Source of the DNA: a bacterium
GTDB lineage: Bacteria; Patescibacteriota; Saccharimonadia; Saccharimonadales; SZUA-47
Reading direction: 5' to 3'
Assembly: GCA_043753565.1 (NCBI GenBank)
Contig: JAYUWM010000065.1
Coordinates: forward strand, 1-42,329
Length of the DNA stretch: 42,329 bases
Part shown: positions 14,941 to 23,955 of the stretch, piece after piece
How the letters are laid out: each line of letters begins with the position of its first letter
Position numbering within the stretch: position 1 is the first letter of the stretch
Notes under the pieces: generated by a model
The model's input: the letters and a program-made list of their open reading frames with translations, nothing else
Told to the model about the DNA's origin: nothing
Database searches by the model: none
Position numbers and translations under genes: made by a program

Positions 14941-16116
14941 ATGGCAGAACCAGCTGGTACACCAGCAGGCGCCCTGCGCATTGCTATTGTGCACGACTGG
15001 ATGCTACTAGGCGGTGCCGAGCAAGTTGTGGCCGAGTTGTTAGACATGTACCCAGATGCGCCGCTGTATACCAGCTGCATTAGCCCTCAGTGGCAACAAA
15101 AGCTGCAAGGACGCAAGGTTAATACTGGCTACCTTAATAAACTGGTGTTTGTAAAAATCCGTAAGTTTGTGCCCTTTTTACGCCAGCTTTGGTTTAGCCA
15201 GCTAGACTTCACTGGTTACGACGTGGTTATTAGCAGCAGCGGTGCCGAAGCCAAGGGTATTAAGGTACCGGCGGGCGTATTACACATTAACTATTGCCAC
15301 GCACCCACCCATTATTACTGGAGTCGCTACGATCAATATATTAAAGACCCAGGCTTTGGGGCTTTTAACTTTTTGGCGCGTTTGGGGCTTAGGTTACTTG
15401 TAGCGCCAATGCGCGCATGGGACAAACGGGCAGCCAAGCGCCCCCATGTTATGGTGGCAAATTCTACACACATTTCTGCCCAAATTAAAAAATATTATAA
15501 CCGCACAAGCGTTGTTATACACCCCCCAGTTAATGTGGCCGAATTTATGACAAGCAAACCTAATAAGCGTAGTGGTTATTTGGTGGTTGGCCGGCAAACA
15601 CCGTACAAGCGCACCGACCTAGCAGTAAAAACTGCCAATGTTTTGGGTTTAGTGCTTACTGTTATTGGCGATGGCCCACAGCACACTCAGCTGCAAAAAC
15701 TAGCCGGCCCAACTGTAGTGCTTATTAAAAACGCAAACCGCCAACAAGTTATACAGGCTATGCAAACAGCCCAGGGTTTTATTTTTGCTGGGTTAGACGA
15801 TTTTGGTATAACACCTGTCGAGGCCATGGCAGCCGGCTGCCCTGTTATTGCCTATAAAGCGGGTGGTGCGCTAGATTACATAGTACCTGAAAAAACCGGC
15901 CTGTTTTTTGATAAACAATCTGTTTACAGCCTATCCCATGCTATCCAGCTATTTCAAAAACTACAGTTCAATAAAAAGACCGTTGTGGCTAAATCCCAAC
16001 AGTTTGCACCCAAGCATTTTAGGGATGCAATGAATGATTTAGTTACAGATACATATACTCAGTTTATATCGTCTACTATCGATACACGTCGCGGCGATGC
16101 TGCACCTGTAGAATAA
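14941..16116 (+). CDS. Glycosyltransferase family 4 (GT-B, group 1)
   Basis: The ATG follows the upstream TAA directly. C-terminal motif DDFGITPVEAMAAGCPVIAYKAGGALDYIV (EX7E-type region). Confidence 0.9.
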   Translation: MAEPAGTPAGALRIAIVHDWMLLGGAEQVVAELLDMYPDAPLYTSCISPQWQQKLQGRKVNTGYLNKLVFVKIRKFVPFLRQLWFSQLDFTGYDVVISSSGAEAKGIKVPAGVLHINYCHAPTHYYWSRYDQYIKDPGFGAFNFLARLGLRLLVAPMRAWDKRAAKRPHVMVANSTHISAQIKKYYNRTSVVIHPPVNVAEFMTSKPNKRSGYLVVGRQTPYKRTDLAVKTANVLGLVLTVIGDGPQHTQLQKLAGPTVVLIKNANRQQVIQAMQTAQGFIFAGLDDFGITPVEAMAAGCPVIAYKAGGALDYIVPEKTGLFFDKQSVYSLSHAIQLFQKLQFNKKTVVAKSQQFAPKHFRDAMNDLVTDTYTQFISSTIDTRRGDAAPVE

Positions 16117-16333
16117 TTATCTTGTTGCCATCAATATCAAACACTACTCTGTAGTCGCCTATCCGCCACCTATATGTGCCCGCCTTACCGCCAACTAGTC
16201 TTTTAGATAATGAAAGCGGGTCGGGCTGCGCTATAAAGTAAAGCATCTTTTGCTTTAAGCGCTTTTTTATTGCAGTATCTAGTTTTTGAATATCTTTAGC
16301 CGCAACCCTTGTAAACACATACTCGTATGCCAT
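16076..16333 (-). CDS. Type II toxin, RelE/ParE superfamily
   Basis: 85 aa. The sequence …GTYRWRIGDYRVVFDIDGNKIIILQVQHRRDVY is typical of the RelE/StbE family. It lies 2 nt after the antitoxin stop. Its 3' end overlaps the convergent GT4 gene by 41 nt. Confidence 0.85.
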   Translation of the reverse strand: MAYEYVFTRVAAKDIQKLDTAIKKRLKQKMLYFIAQPDPLSLSKRLVGGKAGTYRWRIGDYRVVFDIDGNKIIILQVQHRRDVYR

Positions 16334-16335
16334 TA

Positions 16336-16587
16336 CTATAGCCCCGCAAAAACCTCATCAAACCGCAGCGTGTCGCCACTTTTGTACTGTGTCCTGGCTA
16401 GTTGTATGTTTTTTAGGTTTACTGGGTCACTAGCAGCAAGTAAATCTTCATAGGTATCTAAATCTATCATGGCAACCTGTAATTGGCCGCGCTTTTTTAC
16501 AAGTAATGTTTGGCCCTTGTGTACAGATGTAATTGCATTACTTAGGTTGTTGCGTAAATCCGTTGAGTCGATTGTTTTAGTAGTCAT
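16336..16587 (-). CDS. Type II antitoxin, Phd/YefM family
   Basis: 83 aa. The N-terminus is TIDSTDLRNNLSNAITSVHKGQTLLVKKRGQLQVAMIDLDTYEDL. AAGGAA SD lies upstream. Confidence 0.85.
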   Translation of the reverse strand: MTTKTIDSTDLRNNLSNAITSVHKGQTLLVKKRGQLQVAMIDLDTYEDLLAASDPVNLKNIQLARTQYKSGDTLRFDEVFAGL

Positions 16588-16611
16588 AGTATATTCCTTA
16601 TGTTCATTTCA

Positions 16612-16641
16612 ATTGTACAGTTAATATGTACATATTACAAT
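16612..16641 (-). promoter_or_regulatory. TA-operon promoter (TTGTAA-17 nt-TACAAT) with embedded palindromes, a likely autoregulatory operator
   Basis: Reverse complement reads ATTGTAAtatgtacatattaactgTACAAT. TGTACA occurs at 16614-16619 and 16627-16632. The outer arms ATTGTA/TACAAT are inverted repeats. Confidence 0.45.
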
Positions 16642-16761
16642 AGGGTGTTGTAAATAAAGCTGTGAGTTTGGCCCTTAGGAAGACTATGGTGTTACTACTG
16701 CGTACTTACAAGCAATAGTACGCAAAGATTTATAAACTAGATACTACAAAGGACTACCCCT

Positions 16762-18585
16762 ATGTGCGGAATAATTGGATACATAGGCCCCAAACAGGCC
16801 CAAACATTTATTTTAGATGGTCTAGCCACGCTAGAATACCGCGGGTATGATTCTACGGGCATTGTAGTTATACAAGGCAACAACCCGCAGCTGCTTAAAA
16901 GCGTTGGCCGTGTAGATTCTGTGGCAAGCGAACTTAGTAAAAAACCGTTTAAGGGCACTTATGGTATTGGGCACACCCGCTGGGCAACGCATGGTGCACC
17001 GCTAGAACGTAATGCACACCCCCATACCGACACTGCCAAACAGTTTTTTGTAGTGCACAACGGCATCATCGAAAACTACCAAGCTATTAAAACTTTGCTT
17101 CAAAAGCACGGCGCTGTATTTAGCTCAGATACAGATACTGAGGTTATTCCCCAGCTACTTGCATACGAATATGCACGTATAAAAGATGTACAAAAAGCCT
17201 TTTTGGCTACCCTAAAACAGTTGCGCGGTGCATACAGTATTGTAATGGTTACCCCGCTGGTTGCAGATACAATTTTTGCGGCGCGGCTTAGTAGCCCGCT
17301 AGTAATTGGCATTGGCCAGGGCGAAAACTTTATAGCCAGCGACCCAACACCCATAATGGAACACACTAAAAAAGTTATCTTTTTAAACGACTACGAAGCT
17401 GCTGTTATTAACGCAAAAGACGCGCACATAATTAATATTAAAGACGGCGCACCGCAACACCGCACTCCTACCGAACTTGACTATGACCCTGACAGCGCAC
17501 AGCTGGGCGACTACCCGGACTTTATGACAAAAGAAATCCACGAGGCCCCACAAACCGTTAGGTCTGCACTGCTAGGTAGGCTGCGTGCCGATCAAAACCT
17601 AATAAAACTAGGTGGTTTAGAACTTGTGGAACAGCAGCTGCGCTATATTGACCGCATTATTATTGTGGCGTGCGGTACTTCGTATTATGCCAGCTTGGTT
17701 GGTGAATATTTAATTGAAGAAATAGCTGGTATCCCCGTAGAGGTCCAGCAGGCTAGCGAGTTTAAATACCGGCAAGAACCACTAAGCCGCGGCACAGCCA
17801 TTTTGGCGGTATCTCAATCTGGTGAAACGGCAGATACACTGGCGGCACTGCAAAAGGTTGCTGGCTTCGGAGTGTTACGCCTGGGCGTTGTAAACGCAGT
17901 TGGTAGTAGCATCGCCCGCACTACCGACGCGGGTGTGTACTGCCATGCCGGCGCTGAACAATCTGTTGCCAGTACTAAAGCCTTTTTGGCACAAGTTACC
18001 GTACTTACCCTAATTGCGCTGTACTTGTCTAACGGCAACAGCCCGTTATATAAACAGGTTATTGCTCACCTAGATGCATTGCCACAGCAAATAGAACAAG
18101 TACTAAAACTAGAACCACAAATCAAAAAACTAGCCATAAAATATTCCCACCACCGCGACTTTTTGTACATTGGCCGGCGTTATATGTACCCACTAGCTTT
18201 AGAGGGTGCTTTAAAGCTAAAAGAACTAAGCTACATCCATGCCGAGGGCTTTGCCGGCGGCGAAATGAAGCATGGCCCGTTAGCTATGATAGATAGCAAC
18301 TTCCCAACTTTTGCACTAGCACTGCAGGGCGAATTGTTTGAAAAAACTATAAGTAACATCCAAGAAATCAAAGCTCGCAGCGGCCCTGTTATTGCACTTT
18401 GTAACGATAGCAAACAGCTGCAGGGCATTGCCGATGATGTTATACAAATACCTACTACCATAGAACAATTGCAGCCCCTGCTAGCGGCGCCCGTACTACA
18501 CCTATTTGCCTACCATGTTGCAAAGCACCTAGGTAAAAATATAGACAAGCCCCGCAACTTAGCCAAGAGTGTTACTGTAGAATAA
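16762..18585 (+). CDS. glmS: Glutamine--fructose-6-phosphate aminotransferase (isomerising)
   Basis: MCGIIGYIG N-terminal nucleophile, two SIS domains (SQSGETADT), a C-terminal …KPRNLAKSVTVE, and a length of 607 aa. Confidence 0.97.
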   Translation: MCGIIGYIGPKQAQTFILDGLATLEYRGYDSTGIVVIQGNNPQLLKSVGRVDSVASELSKKPFKGTYGIGHTRWATHGAPLERNAHPHTDTAKQFFVVHNGIIENYQAIKTLLQKHGAVFSSDTDTEVIPQLLAYEYARIKDVQKAFLATLKQLRGAYSIVMVTPLVADTIFAARLSSPLVIGIGQGENFIASDPTPIMEHTKKVIFLNDYEAAVINAKDAHIINIKDGAPQHRTPTELDYDPDSAQLGDYPDFMTKEIHEAPQTVRSALLGRLRADQNLIKLGGLELVEQQLRYIDRIIIVACGTSYYASLVGEYLIEEIAGIPVEVQQASEFKYRQEPLSRGTAILAVSQSGETADTLAALQKVAGFGVLRLGVVNAVGSSIARTTDAGVYCHAGAEQSVASTKAFLAQVTVLTLIALYLSNGNSPLYKQVIAHLDALPQQIEQVLKLEPQIKKLAIKYSHHRDFLYIGRRYMYPLALEGALKLKELSYIHAEGFAGGEMKHGPLAMIDSNFPTFALALQGELFEKTISNIQEIKARSGPVIALCNDSKQLQGIADDVIQIPTTIEQLQPLLAAPVLHLFAYHVAKHLGKNIDKPRNLAKSVTVE

Positions 18586-18613
18586 TAATAGTATGTAATT
18601 ATTCGGAGTACGT

Positions 18614-19951
18614 ATGGCCCTTGCAGATATATTTAAGTCGTATGATATTCGTGGAAAAGTTGGCACCGAACTAAGCCCGGAATTTACAAATGACATTGCT
18701 AAAGCATTCGCCGATTGGCTACCAACAGAAGGTATTGTTGCAGTGGGTCGTGACATGCGGCCCGACTCTGAAGCCTTAAGCAAAGCCTTTATTGCTGGCC
18801 TCCGCGCACAAGGGCGTGACGTTTGGGACATTGGCGAAGTAACAAGTGACATGATTTACTTTACTGTTGGCAAATGGGATTTAAGTGGAGGTGCAGTTAT
18901 TACTGCAAGCCATAATGCTGGTGATGAAAATGGTATTAAATTATACCGCGACAAAGTAACCGCTGTTGGCTTAGACACTGGGTTATCCGAGATCCGCGAC
19001 TTAAGTATTAATAAGCAACTTAAGCCTACGGCCGAAACTATCGGGAGCATAACTGAAAAATCGGTAATTGACGAATGGATCTCTCATTGTCTTGGATTTA
19101 TCGATAATATTAAGCCTTTTAAAATAGCCGTTGACGCTGGTAATGGTATGGCCGGGGCAATTCTACCCCATATACTTCCTAAGTTGCCCATAGCGGCAGA
19201 GGCTATGTACTTTGATCTAGACGGTACTTTTCCAAACCATGAAGCAAATCCTCAAAAAATGGAAAATCTTCAAGATCTTATGAATAAAGTCACTGAGAAA
19301 AATTATGATTTTGGTATAGCATTTGATGGTGATGGTGACCGGGCTGTGTTTGTAGATGATAAAGCACGACCTGTGCTAGGTACCGATTTAATGTCGATCG
19401 TAGCAAAACTGTATTTAGATAAATACCCTGGTAGTAAAATAGTGCACGATGTAAGAACCAGCCGAGCAACTCAGGAACTAATTACAGAATGGGGCGGAAC
19501 CCCTATTCGTTCGAAAGCTGGAAGAGTAAATGTTGGTTCACTTATGCGCCAAGTTGGGGGTGTATTTGGTGGTGAAACAACTGGTCACTTCTTTTATAAA
19601 GAAAACTACGATGCTGACTCGGGCCTTATTGTTGCCTTAACGGCTATGCAGGCAATTACCAATAGCGGTAAAAAACTATCCGAACTAGTAGACGAATACC
19701 GTCGCTATGCCATGATCCCAGAAAAGAATTTTGATACTACCAATAAAGATTCTGTGCTTAAAAATTTAATGCAAGAATATACTAGTGGCGAGCAAGACAT
19801 GCTAGATGGCCTAACTGTTAATTATCCTGATTTCTGGTTTAACGTACGAGCTAGTAATACCGAGCCAGTTATGCGCTTGAACGCTGAGGCTAAAACTCAA
19901 GATGAACTTGATAAGCTTGTAGCTAAAGTAACGAAAATAATAAACAACTAG
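18614..19951 (+). CDS. Phosphohexomutase (phosphoglucosamine/phosphomannomutase family)
   Basis: Active-site loop TASHNAGDENGIK (Ser phosphorylation site, with Ala where Pro is usual), Mg site FDGDGDR, and sugar loop GGETTGH. Substrate cannot be assigned by eye. Confidence 0.9.
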   Translation: MALADIFKSYDIRGKVGTELSPEFTNDIAKAFADWLPTEGIVAVGRDMRPDSEALSKAFIAGLRAQGRDVWDIGEVTSDMIYFTVGKWDLSGGAVITASHNAGDENGIKLYRDKVTAVGLDTGLSEIRDLSINKQLKPTAETIGSITEKSVIDEWISHCLGFIDNIKPFKIAVDAGNGMAGAILPHILPKLPIAAEAMYFDLDGTFPNHEANPQKMENLQDLMNKVTEKNYDFGIAFDGDGDRAVFVDDKARPVLGTDLMSIVAKLYLDKYPGSKIVHDVRTSRATQELITEWGGTPIRSKAGRVNVGSLMRQVGGVFGGETTGHFFYKENYDADSGLIVALTAMQAITNSGKKLSELVDEYRRYAMIPEKNFDTTNKDSVLKNLMQEYTSGEQDMLDGLTVNYPDFWFNVRASNTEPVMRLNAEAKTQDELDKLVAKVTKIINN

Positions 19952-20016
19952 ACCGTTGTATTTTGTACAAATGTTACAAAGTAGGTTTTTAACAATACCC
20001 AAAACAACGCCGTACT

Positions 20017-20024
20017 TGTACACT
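20017..20024 (+). promoter_or_regulatory. -10-like element TGTACACT, 6 nt upstream of the rfbB ATG (predicted leaderless)
   Basis: TACACT at 20019-20024, then tagtgt, then ATG at 20031. No SD. Confidence 0.35.
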
Positions 20025-20027
20025 TAG

Positions 20028-21029
<1,002 letters not shown>

Positions 21030-21572
21030 ATGAGTGATTTATTCGTAACTGAATCCCCGATAAATGGCTTATACGTTGTTGATCTTGAAATACACGGCGA
21101 TAACCGTGGCTGGTTTAAAGAAAACTACCAAAAAGCAAAAATGGAAGCATTGGGCTTACCTACTTTTGAAGTCGTACAGAATAATTTTTCATATAACCAA
21201 GACATGGGTGTAACGCGTGGATTACACGCCGAGCCTTGGGAAAAATTTATCAGTGTTGCTAATGGTAAGGTTTTTGGTGCTTGGGTAGACCTGCGCACGG
21301 GTGACGGTTTTGGCACAGTATTTATGTGCGAAATAACGCCAGATAAAGCAATTTTTGTGCCCCGTGGTGTAGCTAATGGCTACCAAACCCTAGAACCCAA
21401 TGTTACTTATACATACTTAGTAAACCAACATTGGTCTGCAGATACAAAATATACATTCGTAAACCTGTTTGACCCAGCACTTGGTATACAATGGCCAATT
21501 AGCCAAGAAAAAGCTATTACATCCGACAAGGATAATAATCATCCGCTATTAAAAGATGTGGTGCAAAACTAA
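21030..21572 (+). CDS. rfbC: dTDP-4-dehydrorhamnose 3,5-epimerase
   Basis: The ATG directly follows the rfbB stop. Cupin motifs: GDNRGWFKENY, RGLHAEPW, VPRGVANGYQT. Confidence 0.95.
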   Translation: MSDLFVTESPINGLYVVDLEIHGDNRGWFKENYQKAKMEALGLPTFEVVQNNFSYNQDMGVTRGLHAEPWEKFISVANGKVFGAWVDLRTGDGFGTVFMCEITPDKAIFVPRGVANGYQTLEPNVTYTYLVNQHWSADTKYTFVNLFDPALGIQWPISQEKAITSDKDNNHPLLKDVVQN

Positions 21573-21574
21573 TC

Positions 21575-22423
21575 ATGAACGATTCTGAAATTTTTATAGT
21601 TGGTGCAAACGGGCAATTAGGTTTGGCCCTGCGGGCCAAATACCCCAATGCCAAATGTGTAGATAAAGACCAGCTAGATATTACTAACAAACAATCGGTC
21701 GAAGACTTTAACTGGACTGGTATTAAAGTCATTTTTAACGCAGCTGCATACACAAATGTTGATGGCGCCGAGACACCAGCGGGTCGCATAGCAGCATGGG
21801 CAGTCAATGCCGACGCTGTAGGCAACTTAGTTGCTGTGGCTGCGCAGTTTGATATTACATTAGTGCATATATCTACTGATTACGTGTTTGACGGTACCCA
21901 GCAATTGCATACAGAAGACGAGCCCTTTGCGCCCCTGTCTGCTTACGGCGCTAGCAAAGCTGCTGGCGACTTATTAGTATCGCTAGCACCTAAGTTTTAC
22001 ATTTTGCGCACCAGTTGGGTTATAGGCGATGGCAAAAACTTTGTAAAATCAATAATTGGGTTAGCTGCTAAAAACATTAGCCCTGCTGTAGTCGCAGACC
22101 AGTTTGGAAGATTAACCTTCACGTCAGAACTAGTGCGAGGCATTGATTTTTTGCTTACAAATAACGCACCTTACGGAACATACAACCTTAGCAATGGCGG
22201 TGAAATCGTAAGCTGGGCAGATGTGGCAAGGCAAGTTTACACAGACCTTAATAAAAACGACTTAACTGTTAGCAACACCACTGCAGCGGAGTACTTTGTG
22301 GGTAAACTTAGTGCCGATAGGCCTACAAATAGTGGCTTAGATATGTCAAAAATATCAAAACTAGGCTTTAAGACTAACGATTGGCGTGCAGGCTTAGCTA
22401 GCTATATAGCAGAAAGCCAATAA
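21575..22423 (+). CDS. rfbD: dTDP-4-dehydrorhamnose reductase
   Basis: IVGANGQLG, NAAAYTNVDGAE, STDYVFDG, YGASKAAGD. Confidence 0.93.
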   Translation: MNDSEIFIVGANGQLGLALRAKYPNAKCVDKDQLDITNKQSVEDFNWTGIKVIFNAAAYTNVDGAETPAGRIAAWAVNADAVGNLVAVAAQFDITLVHISTDYVFDGTQQLHTEDEPFAPLSAYGASKAAGDLLVSLAPKFYILRTSWVIGDGKNFVKSIIGLAAKNISPAVVADQFGRLTFTSELVRGIDFLLTNNAPYGTYNLSNGGEIVSWADVARQVYTDLNKNDLTVSNTTAAEYFVGKLSADRPTNSGLDMSKISKLGFKTNDWRAGLASYIAESQ

Positions 22424-22456
22424 ATGGTAGTATATACCTAGTAAAAGAGGTTTATA

Positions 22457-23317
22457 ATGAAGGGCATTATTCTAGCAGGTGGTTCTGGTACTCGGTTGTA
22501 CCCAATAACAAAGGGCATTAGCAAACAGCTTATGCCAATATATGACAAGCCAATGGTGTACTACCCGCTAGGTACGCTAATGATGGCGGGCATTAAAGAT
22601 ATTTTAGTTATTACCACCCCCCAGGATAGCGAAAGTTTTCAGCGCCTACTTGGCGACGGGTCTGACTTAGGGATTAACCTTCAGTACTGTACCCAGTCTT
22701 CACCTGATGGCCTTGCCCAAGCCTTTATCATTGGCGAGGAGTTTATAGGCAATGACAAGGTAGCATTAATTTTAGGGGATAATATTTTCCACGGCTACGG
22801 CTTTGGCCAAAGCTTACAGGCCTGCACCGACCCTGATGGTGCAGTTGTTTTTGCATACCAGGTATCTGACCCAGAACGTTACGGTGTGGTAGATTTTGAT
22901 GACAATATGCATGCCCTAAGTATCGAGGAAAAACCAGCACAACCAAAGTCTAGCTATGCAGTAGTAGGCCTGTATTTTTATGACAACGATGTAGTACAAA
23001 TTGCAAAAACAATTAAACCAAGCGACCGCGGCGAACTAGAGATTACAGCTGTTAACGAAGAGTATTTAAACCGCGGTAAACTAAAAGTACAAATTATGGA
23101 CCGCGGTAGTGCTTGGTTAGATACCGGTACGTTCGAATCTATGCACCAAGCATCAACCTTTGTAGAGGTTATAGAAAAGCGTACGGGGCTAAAAATTGGT
23201 TGCATCGAAGAGATTGCATACAACCAGGGTTTCATTGACAAAGTACAGTTGCAAAAACTAGCCGAACCGCTTGTAAAAAGTGGTTACGGTAAGTATCTTA
23301 ACAGCCTACTTAAGTAA
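22457..23317 (+). CDS. rfbA: Glucose-1-phosphate thymidylyltransferase
   Basis: [18 protein letters not shown]…[38 protein letters not shown]. Confidence 0.96.
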   Translation: MKGIILAGGSGTRLYPITKGISKQLMPIYDKPMVYYPLGTLMMAGIKDILVITTPQDSESFQRLLGDGSDLGINLQYCTQSSPDGLAQAFIIGEEFIGNDKVALILGDNIFHGYGFGQSLQACTDPDGAVVFAYQVSDPERYGVVDFDDNMHALSIEEKPAQPKSSYAVVGLYFYDNDVVQIAKTIKPSDRGELEITAVNEEYLNRGKLKVQIMDRGSAWLDTGTFESMHQASTFVEVIEKRTGLKIGCIEEIAYNQGFIDKVQLQKLAEPLVKSGYGKYLNSLLK

Positions 23318-23383
23318 CGCATTTTCTGTACATTTTAGGATAAATATTATAAAATGCTTATGTATAAGTAGTAAAATAAATAA

Positions 23384-23950
23384 ATGGCTAAGTACAAAAA
23401 AAATAATCGCAATAAAAAAATTCTATTAATAGTCGTTTTAACTTTGTTATTGGCTGTTATTGGGTATTTTGTATACCCTAAGGTTACAACAAAAGACAAC
23501 AACGATACAGGTGATAAGACAACAAGTACTGCACCCTCGGCACAAGAAAATTTTACCAGCGGCGGCGATCGGCCTATAGCTACAACTCCAGAAAATAGAG
23601 GCGACGCTGCTATTGCAGATAATCAAGGTCAGCAAACAAGCGTACCCGATAAATCTCAGTGGTCAACTTCAAAAACAGGCGAGATAACATTATATGCACC
23701 TTATAAAGATAAGCTGCTTGTAAATGGGGACTCTATCGCTGGCGAGTCTACACTAACTGTTGTATATTACCGCGTTATTGACGATGTATCTGGAATGATA
23801 TCCCAGGGACAGCTAAGTGTTATAAACGGTAAGTTCTCTGGCGTTATCAGCTTTTCGACAACCGCTAAAAGTGGTCGCATAGACGTCTATGGAATGGCTG
23901 ATTCAGGTAAAGAATATGGCAACATCGAGGTGCCGGTAAGGTTTAAATAG
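23384..23950 (+). CDS. Membrane-anchored extracytoplasmic protein with a C-terminal Ig-like (Gmad2-like) domain
   Basis: N-terminal basic stretch plus a TM helix (KKILLIVVLTLLLAVIGYFV) and a low-complexity linker. The C-terminal ~100 aa beta-rich region (EITLYAPYKD…VVYYRVIDDVSGMISQG…GKFSGVISF…GRIDVYGM…IEVPVRF) follows. The Gmad2 resemblance is judged by eye only. Confidence 0.65.
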   Translation: MAKYKKNNRNKKILLIVVLTLLLAVIGYFVYPKVTTKDNNDTGDKTTSTAPSAQENFTSGGDRPIATTPENRGDAAIADNQGQQTSVPDKSQWSTSKTGEITLYAPYKDKLLVNGDSIAGESTLTVVYYRVIDDVSGMISQGQLSVINGKFSGVISFSTTAKSGRIDVYGMADSGKEYGNIEVPVRFK

Positions 23951-23955
23951 TTAAT

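Noticed and set aside
16588-16761. A glmS ribozyme might be expected in the 5' UTR of glmS, as in many monoderm bacteria.
   Set aside because: I could not find the conserved ribozyme core segments or a leader of sufficient length. Part of the region is occupied by the divergent TA promoter. Only a simple hairpin is present. An Rfam scan would settle it.
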